A DNA stretch of 51,694 nucleotides from the IMG/VR virus record IMGVR_UViG_3300030376_002336, positions 1 to 51,694 of that record. One strand, 5' to 3'. The notes beneath the pieces were generated by a model, which saw only the letters and a list, made by a program, of their open reading frames with translations, ran no database searches and was not told the origin of the DNA. The first letter of the stretch is position 1, and each line of letters starts with the position of its first letter. The stretch comes from a virus (taxonomy: Duplodnaviria > Caudoviricetes). Position numbers and translations under genes: made by a program. Below, piece after piece: positions 19,904-28,100 of the stretch.

Positions 19904-20881
19904 TTAAAAGAGATCATCTAAAGTGATACTCTTACTTTTTTTATTATAATCTATGCTTTTTTTGTAAAAGAAGTCTCCCTCTTTGGTTCCAGTGATTTCT
20001 ATATCAAACCACTCTACTGACTTTATTAAGTCTTTATCTACATCAAAGATTGGTTTCATACCTATCTTTTCTAATGAGTTATTGAATCTATTCTTAATGA
20101 AGTGACGTATAGTTTTCTTAGATAAAAACTCTAGTTCACCTTTTTCAAATATCCAATCTAGTATTCCACACTCAGCTAAATAAGCTTTCTTGCAAGCTGA
20201 ATCAATTAGATCTTCAAACTCTTCATCAAACCACTCTGGGTTTTCATTCTTAATGATATTTATAATTTCAGCACCAAAGTTACCGTGTATCTCTTCTTCT
20301 TTACTAGTAGCCTCAACAACATTAGATATACCTTTCAGTACATTCTTATCTTTGTTAAAGCTCATCATAATTAAGAATTGACTAAATAAACTTACGTGTT
20401 CTATAAATAGAGAGAACAATAATACAGACTTAGTATACATCTTATTGTCTCTTGATCTAGTACCATCTAAGTACTTTTTTAAGTATTTGATTCTGTTAGC
20501 TATAGCAGGCTCTTCAACTACATTTTTAAATTCATCTTCTAATCCAAGAATTCTTAGTAGTCTTGCATAAGCATCTTTATGTCTTACTTCAGACTCTGCA
20601 AATGTAAATCCTACATCACCTATTTCTGTAATAGGCATGCGTTTATATAGATCTCCCCAAAAAGTTTTTACATTAACTTCTATCTGTGCAATAGCTAACA
20701 TAGTCTTCTTGATAACATCTTTTTCCTTTGAGTTAATATTGATCTTAAAATCTTGTATGTCCTCTGTGAAATTAAATTCTGTATCTATCCAATAAGAATG
20801 TCTTATTGCATCTTTATATTCTAATAATTGTGGGTATTCATAAGGTAGGATATTCACTCTGGGTTTAAAGATGTCTTTCAT
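19904..20881 (-). CDS. nrdB: Ribonucleotide reductase beta subunit, class Id (NrdBi)-like
   Basis: Ferritin-like ligands AQIEVNVK, ESEVRH, IEHVSLF, EEEIH. C-terminal SITLDDLF resembles flavobacterial NrdB. Confidence 0.95.
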   Translation of the reverse strand: MKDIFKPRVNILPYEYPQLLEYKDAIRHSYWIDTEFNFTEDIQDFKININSKEKDVIKKTMLAIAQIEVNVKTFWGDLYKRMPITEIGDVGFTFAESEVRHKDAYARLLRILGLEDEFKNVVEEPAIANRIKYLKKYLDGTRSRDNKMYTKSVLLFSLFIEHVSLFSQFLIMMSFNKDKNVLKGISNVVEATSKEEEIHGNFGAEIINIIKNENPEWFDEEFEDLIDSACKKAYLAECGILDWIFEKGELEFLSKKTIRHFIKNRFNNSLEKIGMKPIFDVDKDLIKSVEWFDIEITGTKEGDFFYKKSIDYNKKSKSITLDDLF

Positions 20882-20901
20882 AATAATAATTTATAAGGGT
20901 T

Positions 20902-20937
20902 AAAAAAGCTGCACATCCACTGAAGAGTTGTGCAGCT
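20902..20937 (-). terminator. Intrinsic-terminator-like hairpin just upstream of nrdB
   Basis: 9-bp stem AGCTGCACA (20907-20915) / TGTGCAGCT (20929-20937), followed by a U run on the minus strand. Confidence 0.7.
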
Positions 20938-20981
20938 ACTTGGTATATATAATGTAAGAAATTTTGGTTAGACAAAAAAGT

Positions 20982-21170
20982 CTATCCTAGTAATTTTACA
21001 TAAGTGATTGTAAAAAATATAAATCCCAATTCAAGGCCACCCATTTGACGGTATTCATCATCACTGCAAAGTACTTCACAGTTAATTATTCTGATGCCAA
21101 ATAAAGTTTCTGTAGGCAATAATTCAAGGCTTACTTTATGCTTGAAATTAAGATGATCTATTTTATTCAT
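20982..21170 (-). CDS. Small hypothetical beta-rich protein
   Basis: 62-aa ORF in the same orientation as nrdBA, with an A-rich upstream region. Confidence 0.6.
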   Translation of the reverse strand: MNKIDHLNFKHKVSLELLPTETLFGIRIINCEVLCSDDEYRQMGGLELGFIFFTITYVKLLG

Positions 21171-21252
21171 ATGATATATGTTTGGTTTAAATGTTTAATT
21201 TAGTGCTTAAAATTTTGTATATTATATACATAACTTCACCATAGCAGCTTTA

Positions 21253-21260
21253 CAAAGATA
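21253..21260 (-). promoter_or_regulatory. Bacteroidota -7 promoter element (TATCTTTG) for the leftward unit
   Basis: Exact TAnnTTTG match in the divergent intergenic region; no clear -33 TTTG. Confidence 0.5.
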
Positions 21261-21302
21261 ACATTTATATGTATCAATGAGTTGGTTAAGTGATACAAAA
21301 TT

Positions 21303-21312
21303 TGTATATTAT
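21303..21312 (+). promoter_or_regulatory. Candidate late-promoter motif TGTATATTAT
   Basis: About 29 nt upstream of the first gene of the + strand block; a second copy lies at 21216-21225. Confidence 0.4.
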
Positions 21313-21340
21313 TTATATAGTGTAAAAAAATAACGTTATT

Positions 21341-21589
21341 ATGTTTAAAAAATTTCTAAATGTACTCTGGACTTACAGTCCACAAGATTATTGGAAAGGT
21401 CTGTGGTCTAAAACTACTATTGATGAAAAAGCTGAAAAGACTTTAGTAGAGATAGTTAAGAGATATAAACTTACTGCTACTGAGTTAGCAGATGTTGGTA
21501 GAGCAATTAAAGAGGTTGGTAATCAACTAGGTGACGTTGGTGGTGCTGTAAAAGGAAAAGCTAGAAAAGGCAGAAAGAAAAATGGCTAG
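21341..21589 (+). CDS. Small hypothetical protein with basic C-terminus
   Basis: 82-aa ORF ending KGKARKGRKKNG. Confidence 0.75.
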   Translation: MFKKFLNVLWTYSPQDYWKGLWSKTTIDEKAEKTLVEIVKRYKLTATELADVGRAIKEVGNQLGDVGGAVKGKARKGRKKNG

Positions 21590-21716
21590 ATTAATAAAGA
21601 CAGCTTATGTGAAACCTACACGTAGAAAGAGGCCAGGAGTCCATTCAAAGACTAAAACCTCAGCGTTGAAGGGTAGTAAAAATTATTTAAAAAAATATAA
21701 AGGACAAGGAAGATGA
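21582..21716 (+). CDS. 44-aa highly basic peptide (not in ORF track)
   Basis: MARLIKTAYVKPTRRKRPGVHSKTKTSALKGSKNYLKKYKGQGR; overlaps neighbours on both sides. Confidence 0.75.
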   Translation: MARLIKTAYVKPTRRKRPGVHSKTKTSALKGSKNYLKKYKGQGR

Positions 21717-21814
21717 GAAATATTTGCATATTTATAAAATGGATTACATTTGGTTATGTTTGTTTAGGGCACTGCCGTAAAGAAGTATGTTGTGAATCTA
21801 AATGTGAAAAGTAA
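21713..21814 (+). CDS. 33-aa Cys-rich peptide (not in ORF track)
   Basis: MRNICIFIKWITFGYVCLGHCRKEVCCESKCEK; ATGA and TAATG translational-coupling overlaps. Confidence 0.6.
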   Translation: MRNICIFIKWITFGYVCLGHCRKEVCCESKCEK

Positions 21815-21957
21815 TGGATTGGACACTTGAGATTGCATTTCATTGGCCGCATAATAGACTAGCTCTAGGATGGGAGTTTATTGATGTAGATGAATCATAT
21901 GATTACAGAACATTAAAAGTATATTTATTTATAGCAACATTAACACTAGACTTTTAA
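21814..21957 (+). CDS. 47-aa beta-rich peptide (not in ORF track)
   Basis: MDWTLEIAFHWPHNRLALGWEFIDVDESYDYRTLKVYLFIATLTLDF; TAATG overlap with the previous ORF. Confidence 0.65.
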   Translation: MDWTLEIAFHWPHNRLALGWEFIDVDESYDYRTLKVYLFIATLTLDF

Positions 21958-21968
21958 TATAGATAATT

Positions 21969-22157
21969 ATGGCTAAGAAAAAAGCAGGTTTAAAGATGGA
22001 AAAGTTGTCTAGACAAAAGGCAAAACTTCTAATGAGAACTGGTGGTGAGCTAGATCAAATGATAATGGGAAGAATCCAGAAGTTCCATAAAGGAGGAAAA
22101 AGAAAACTGGGAGGTGGAACCCATAACACATATAGTGGTAAAAGCAAAAAGAGATGA
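21969..22157 (+). CDS. Small basic protein with xxGG motifs
   Basis: 62 aa, K/R-rich; MRTGG, FHKGG, KLGGG. Confidence 0.7.
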   Translation: MAKKKAGLKMEKLSRQKAKLLMRTGGELDQMIMGRIQKFHKGGKRKLGGGTHNTYSGKSKKR

Positions 22158-23245
22158 ATATCTTAACAGACATACTGAGTTTAATAAGACGTGGTGTATA
22201 TGCTGAGACAGCAGGATCAGAAGATGTTCTTGTTCTTGGTGTAAATGAAGAGCCTGATATGACAGGTGTGGCTTCACCTATACCTTATAAAAGTGTAAAG
22301 CTCATTAAGATAAAAGATTTAAAGGTTGCTGGCTCAAGCTGTGATTATAAGAATTCCCCTACAGTACCTCCAGCAGGAACAGGACAAGTCTATCAAAAGA
22401 CTGAGGTTGATGCAACAACAAAAGCCTGCACTGTGTTCTTCAGATCTCTAAAGTCAATGAGCAGCAACCTTACCTTTGCAACCTCTGCAGATGATAACTT
22501 TATAGAAATCACAACAGAAGGAGAACCAAATACAGCAGCTAATGTAGGTAGTGGTGCAGGAGTATGGAAAGATAAAGTTGGTGAGACACTAAACTTTAAA
22601 AGTCTAGTACAGGGTAGTAATATCACAGTAGGGCAGAGTTCAAATGAAATAACATTAAGTGTTCCTGCAGGAGCTGGATTAAGTTTGACTACAACCGGGA
22701 CATCAGGAGCTGCAACATTAACTAGTGGAGTTTTAAATATCCCTAATTATGCAACAGGTGGAGGTGGTGGTATGACTGACTTCTTAATTGGTGGTGACTC
22801 AGGATCTAATCAAACAGTAAGCAATGGTGATACAGTAGATATTGAAGGGGGTGATGGTATTGCTACTGTAGGTACAGGAGGTCCAAAAGTGGTTGTAAAC
22901 ATGAGTCATTTTTACCAAGCACTTATAGTTAAGTTATCTCAAGGAGGTTCAAATGATCCTTCACAAGTTGTAGTATATAATGACACAGGGAAAACATTAT
23001 CATGGTCTAGGGTATCTGCAGGAAGGTATACAGCAACATGGTCTTCATCAGTTGACACACCTAGAGTTGTAATAAATACTATGCAAGTATTTAAAAACCA
23101 TCCTAATGTAATTAATATAATTGGAGTAACAGCTACTCAGTTTACAGTATGTACTAATGAACTAAGCGGTAGTGGTAGTCCAGCAGCAGACAGTGTGCTA
23201 GAAGATACTCCATTAGAAATAAGAATTTATCCATCAACAATTTAA
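22154..23245 (+). CDS. Tail fibre/spike-like structural protein
   Basis: G/S/T-rich; fibre repeats (NTAANVGSGAGVWKDKVGETLNFKSL, LSLTTTGTSGAATL) partly shared with 25175-29392. Confidence 0.7.
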   Translation: MNILTDILSLIRRGVYAETAGSEDVLVLGVNEEPDMTGVASPIPYKSVKLIKIKDLKVAGSSCDYKNSPTVPPAGTGQVYQKTEVDATTKACTVFFRSLKSMSSNLTFATSADDNFIEITTEGEPNTAANVGSGAGVWKDKVGETLNFKSLVQGSNITVGQSSNEITLSVPAGAGLSLTTTGTSGAATLTSGVLNIPNYATGGGGGMTDFLIGGDSGSNQTVSNGDTVDIEGGDGIATVGTGGPKVVVNMSHFYQALIVKLSQGGSNDPSQVVVYNDTGKTLSWSRVSAGRYTATWSSSVDTPRVVINTMQVFKNHPNVINIIGVTATQFTVCTNELSGSGSPAADSVLEDTPLEIRIYPSTI

Positions 23246-23248
23246 GAC

Positions 23249-23707
23249 ATGAGTGATAAAAAGAAAAAATTTAAAGATACTAAAGTAGGAAAGTTCCTTG
23301 TTGACAAGGTTCCTTCTATTTTAGGTATTGTTGGTGATGTATTACCAGATGCTGGTGTACTAGGTGTTGTTAAAAATTTAATTGACAATGACCCACAATT
23401 ACCAGCTGAAGACAAAGAGAAAGCTATGAAGCTTCTTGAATTAGATATGATTGAAATGCAAGAAGTAAGTAAGCGTTGGGAGAGTGACATGAAATCAGAT
23501 TCATGGTTAAGTAAAAATACAAGACCACTGACTCTAGTTTATTTAACTATAATAACATCTCTTTATATTATACTTGACTCTTTGAATATAGCATTTGATA
23601 TAGATGAGAGTTGGGTAGAATTATTAAAAACATTACTAGTGACAATTTACGTAGCTTATTTTGGTTCACGTGGATTTGAAAAGTATACAACAATTAAAAA
23701 GAATTAA
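23249..23707 (+). CDS. Putative holin (3TM/GTA-holin-like)
   Basis: RWESDMKSDSWLSKNTRP motif, two C-terminal TM helices and YFGSRGFEK. Confidence 0.7.
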   Translation: MSDKKKKFKDTKVGKFLVDKVPSILGIVGDVLPDAGVLGVVKNLIDNDPQLPAEDKEKAMKLLELDMIEMQEVSKRWESDMKSDSWLSKNTRPLTLVYLTIITSLYIILDSLNIAFDIDESWVELLKTLLVTIYVAYFGSRGFEKYTTIKKN

Positions 23708-24037
23708 TATTAACAATTAAAAGTTAGAAAAAATAAAGATGGGAAATAAAAAACGTATGCATAGTTATGCTAAAGCTGGTGGTCTTATGGGCTATACTAA
23801 AGGTGGTAGTGTTTTAGATGAAAAACAATTAGGTGGAATAGCTAAAGTTGTTAAGCCTTTTGTAAAGAAAGCTGCAAATAAAATAAAAAAAATCTATACA
23901 GACTTTAAAGGAACAACTTATGACCCAGACTTATTACAAAATACAGGATATGCTAGAAAAGTAGATCTTGAAAAGGGAATTAAAAATAGAAAACAATCAA
24001 CAGGATCAAATTAATATTAACAATTAAAAATTAGAAA
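23702..24037 (+). repeat. 29-bp direct repeat flanking ORF 23739-24014
   Basis: AATTAATATTAACAATTAAAA[G/A]TTAGAAA at 23702-23730 and 24009-24037 (one mismatch). Confidence 0.85.
23739..24014 (+). CDS. Small basic protein with xxGG motifs
   Basis: 91 aa; YAKAGG, YTKGG, KQLGG. Confidence 0.75.
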   Translation: MGNKKRMHSYAKAGGLMGYTKGGSVLDEKQLGGIAKVVKPFVKKAANKIKKIYTDFKGTTYDPDLLQNTGYARKVDLEKGIKNRKQSTGSN

Positions 24038-24039
24038 TT

Positions 24040-24354
24040 ATGCCTAATAATATGAAAAAAGCAGGAATGTCCTACAAAAAGGGAGGATCAAAAAAAATGC
24101 AAGCAGGAGGTGGATTCACCTATGGTGCAGGAGATGGAGATATAACTCCACAAAAAGCAAACATGGAATCAATGGCTAAAGGTGGAGGCTTAAAAGGTTT
24201 CATGAAAGGCGGAGGTGTCATGGATGGAATGATGGACAAAAAAATGAAATATGGTGGAAACAAAGGAGATATGAGAATGTCTGCTAAGAGAGACTATATG
24301 AAGTATGGTGGTAATAAAGGTGATATAAGAAGATCAGCTAAAAGAGATTACTAG
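24040..24354 (+). CDS. Small M/K/G-rich protein with internal repeats
   Basis: 104 aa; YKKGG, MQAGG, MAKGG, MKGGG, and MKYGG twice. Confidence 0.8.
   Translation: MPNNMKKAGMSYKKGGSKKMQAGGGFTYGAGDGDITPQKANMESMAKGGGLKGFMKGGGVMDGMMDKKMKYGGNKGDMRMSAKRDYMKYGGNKGDIRRSAKRDY
24244..24351 (+). repeat. In-frame 54-bp tandem duplication
   Basis: MKYGGNKGDMRMSAKRDY / MKYGGNKGDIRRSAKRDY, diverged mostly at synonymous sites. Confidence 0.85.
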
Positions 24355-24358
24355 AAAC

Positions 24359-24583
24359 ATGGCTGCTAAGAAAAAACCAGCTTCTAAGAAAAAGAACTGG
24401 ATCAAAGGAGCAATCAAAAAACCTGGTGCTTTAAGAGCTACAGCTAAAAGAGCTGGAGCACTTAAGGCTGATGGTGATATTAAAAAGAGTTGGCTAAGAG
24501 AAAAAGCAAAAGGAAGTGGAAAGACAGCAGAACGTGCTAGATTAGCTTTGACATTAGGTAAAATGAAAAAAAGAAAAAAATAA
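24359..24583 (+). CDS. Small very basic (K/A-rich) putative DNA-binding protein
   Basis: 74 aa; KKNWIKGAIKKPGALR...ARLALTLGKM. Confidence 0.8.
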   Translation: MAAKKKPASKKKNWIKGAIKKPGALRATAKRAGALKADGDIKKSWLREKAKGSGKTAERARLALTLGKMKKRKK

Positions 24584-24587
24584 AATC

Positions 24588-24809
24588 ATGGCAAAAAAAA
24601 TATCATTCCCAATGGGAGACGGCAAAGTAGAGAATGGATATTATAATCCTACTTCTGTGTATCAGAAAACTTTACAAAAAAGAAATGCAAAAAAGGTTGC
24701 TAAGAGACAAAGACTAGCTAAAGCAGGTATCAAGTGTGATATGGATTCTACTAGAGCACCTGAGCCAGTTCAGTCTGCAGCTTTTAAAAATGGATATAGA
24801 AACAGTTAA
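24588..24809 (+). CDS. Small basic hypothetical protein
   Basis: 73-aa ORF in operon context. Confidence 0.7.
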   Translation: MAKKISFPMGDGKVENGYYNPTSVYQKTLQKRNAKKVAKRQRLAKAGIKCDMDSTRAPEPVQSAAFKNGYRNS

Positions 24810-24819
24810 ATAATAAAAC

Positions 24820-25164
24820 ATGGCAACATTAACAGCACAACAAATAACACAGGCAGGTTTAAAACCAACCACAGTAACTCCTGACGCTGGTGGAGACAAG
24901 CTAGCTAATACAGGCGAGCAATTTTTTCATGTAGAAAATGCAAGTGGATCAGCAATAACAGCTACAGTAGTTCCTGTAGTTACTACAGTTGTAGATCCTT
25001 TATTAGGTACATTAAAGAAGGAAAATGCAGTCTTAAGTTTATCAGCAGGAGAAGATGGGTTTTTAGGACCTTTTGAAGTTGATGCTTTTAATGATACCGA
25101 TGGAAATATAACAATAACATGTTCAGCACAGACTAGCATTAAGCTATCTGCACTGTACTTATAA
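24820..25164 (+). CDS. Small beta-sandwich virion protein (putative)
   Basis: 114 aa, T/A/G-rich, directly before the fibre genes. Confidence 0.6.
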   Translation: MATLTAQQITQAGLKPTTVTPDAGGDKLANTGEQFFHVENASGSAITATVVPVVTTVVDPLLGTLKKENAVLSLSAGEDGFLGPFEVDAFNDTDGNITITCSAQTSIKLSALYL

Positions 25165-25174
25165 ATAAAAAACA

Positions 25175-28100
25175 ATGGGCTCATTACTACAAGATGTATT
25201 AGGATTATTCCAAAAGAAAAAATTTACACAACCTATGCCTTACGTACCAAGTAAGGATGATTATTTTGTGTTATCTACTAAAGCTGAAAGCACACTCAAT
25301 GTGATGGCATACCTACCAAAGGTAGAACAAACTCTTATATCAGCTAAACAATTTGCAGATGCTATTTCTGCAGGGACTAATACAACTTATGATTTTGCTA
25401 ATGCTGATCTAGGTGGTAAAACCAATCTTAATCTTACTGGTTCAGATGGTACTGTAGATACAGTAAGCCTTGTTGGAAGTACGGGAGTAACTATTGTAAG
25501 CAATGGATCTGATATTGAGTTTAGTGTATCACCAGGAACATTTGTATCATGTACAGGAAGCAATACTGCAAATGTATTACCTATGTGGGATAGTGGCACT
25601 TGTTCATTAAAAGATAGTGAGTTAGTTTGGGATGGTAGTAATCAATATGAATTACTTAACAATAAGAAATTTAAAGTTGCTTGGTTAAGCATGGCAGGAA
25701 GCCCAGGTGTTATAGATACATCTAATGGTACAGGATCTGTTGGTCAGGTTCTTACAGTAGGTGCTGGTAATACTTTAGAGTGGACTACAAATGGTACTGG
25801 GTCAATGTCTTCATGGAACATAACTGGTGACAATGGTGTATCATCTGCAGTATCAGATGGTAACACAGTAGATATAGCAGGTGGTGCTAAAATGGGCACA
25901 GTAAATATTGCAAGTACAGTAACACTTAATCACGATACTACAAGTAGAACTGATACAACCTCAACAGCTTCACCTTCAGCAGGAGGTACATTCACAGTTA
26001 TAGATAGTGTAACGCAAGATGCTACTGGACACCCAACAGCTGTTAATGTTAAGACGGTAACTCTTCCGTCTGCTATAGCTGATACAAAATATGATTTATC
26101 ATCAGTTCAAAATGGATCAGATGCAGACATAAAGCTTGTTGGTACTGACGGGACAACAGATATAGTTAAGTTAGTAGCTGGTAATAATATTACTTTAACT
26201 GACTCAGGAAGTTCAATTTCAATTGCTGCTTCAGGTGCCGGATCAGGTACTGTAACGGAAGTTAAAGCAGGAGATGGAATTACTGTAACAGGAACAGCAA
26301 CAGTTGATCCTACAGTAAACATAGATTATGTTGGTGCAAACAATGCTATACTTACAGCAGCATCAGCAACCCCGGTAACAACAGACTACATTTGGTTTAG
26401 TGATGGAGATGACCAGACTATTAAGAAAGTTTTAATACAAGATTTACCAAGCCCATACCAATGGACTGCAGCTCCAGCTTCTGGAGGAAGTATAATAGTT
26501 ACTGATAACTTTACACTTAACTTTAATAGTACAACAGGAACTATTACTACTACATCAGCAGCAGGAAATACAATTAATATAAATAGTACTGATAGTGGTG
26601 TGGTTGCTGGCTCTTATACTAATGCAGATATTAGTGTAGATCAATATGGTAGAGTGACTTCAGCTTCAAACGGATCAGCAGGAACTATGCAATCATTTGA
26701 TGTAGGCTCAGACGGAGGTTCAGCACAAACAGTTAGCAATGGTCAAGTATTAACAATATTAGGTGGTACTGGATTGACAGGTAATATGTCTTCTCCAAGA
26801 ACACTTACTATGGATATTAATCAAACAGGTGTAACAGCAGGTACATATACTAATGCAACTATTGAAGTAAATGCACAAGGTCAAATAACTGTTGCAGCTG
26901 ACGGTAGTGTTGGAGTAACTAGTATTGATGTAACAGGTGGTGAAGGTATTGTAACAACTGGTGGTCCTATCACAAGCAGTGGTGCAATTGATGTAGTTTT
27001 AGATCTTACTGAGCTACCATTAATAAGTGTAATGGAAAACCCTTTCCATTTATTTTTAGATGAGGTAGCAACAGGAGTACAATCAAAAATATTAGCATCA
27101 AACTTAAAATTATCTTACTTTGATAATGATTTAACTATAGGCTCTGTTACTTCAGTAGGAGTATCTAGTAATTATTTAACTGTAGGAAATTCACCTATTA
27201 CTAATAGTGGTGTTATGTCAGTAGACGTACCAGTAAGTGGTGTAACTGCAGGTAGCTATACAAATGCTGACATTACAGTAGATGCATATGGTTTTGTAAC
27301 TGCAGCATCAAATGGATCTGGTGGAGGTGGAAACGCTATATCAGTTTCTTCTCAAGCTGCATCCCCACCGTTGACTACACAAGTACAGTCCTTTGACTTT
27401 ATTGGTGGAGGAGTTATTGTTACTGAGCCAACAGCAGATAATATTACAGTTAATATACCAATACAAAGCTATTTGGCTGATCCAGGTATTTCAGTAGATG
27501 AGCCTAACAGAAAAATAGGAATAGATTATTTAGGAGCAAATAACTATATATCTTTAAGAACTACAGTAGCTCCAGCAGATACTGATTTTATAGCATTTGT
27601 AGATGCGGATGATAATAATGTTTATAAAACACAAATAAGAAGTCTACCTGGACAATATTCAGGTTGGACATTCCAAGGAGATACAGGAGGATTAGAAACA
27701 GTAGCTAGTAGTAACACAGTTACTTTTGTTGGTGGTACAGCTCTTGCAACAGCAAGTTCATCTCCAGATACTCTTACAATAAATCATGATGATATAGGAA
27801 CAGCTGGAACATACGCTTATCCTTCACAAATAATTACAAATGCACAAGGTCATGTTACAGGTGTTACAGCCGGAAGTGCACCAACATTTGTTAGTCTAAC
27901 AACTACAGGTACATCAGGTGCAGCTACTTTAGTTGGAGGTGTTCTTAATATACCTCAGTACGCTGGAGGAACAAGTTATGGTGCTGGTCCTGGTATAGTA
28001 CTTAATACTACTACAAATCCAGATCAGTTTGAATTAGACTACAATGGAGCTGACAACTATGTTCTACTTCAAAGTACAAAAACACCAACTAAAGATGATT

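Noticed and set aside
21582-21716. Histone H3 tail mimicry (MARLIKTA vs MARTKQTA)
   Set aside because: Only a few matching residues in a low-complexity basic peptide; not distinguishable from chance.
23702-24037. CRISPR-like array
   Set aside because: Only two repeat copies, separated by a whole gene; no cas genes. The PD-(D/E)xK protein fits a phage recombination exonuclease.
22682-27963. Diversity-generating retroelement TR/VR pair in the fibre genes
   Set aside because: Shared segments differ at synonymous positions of all base types rather than adenines only, and no reverse transcriptase is present.
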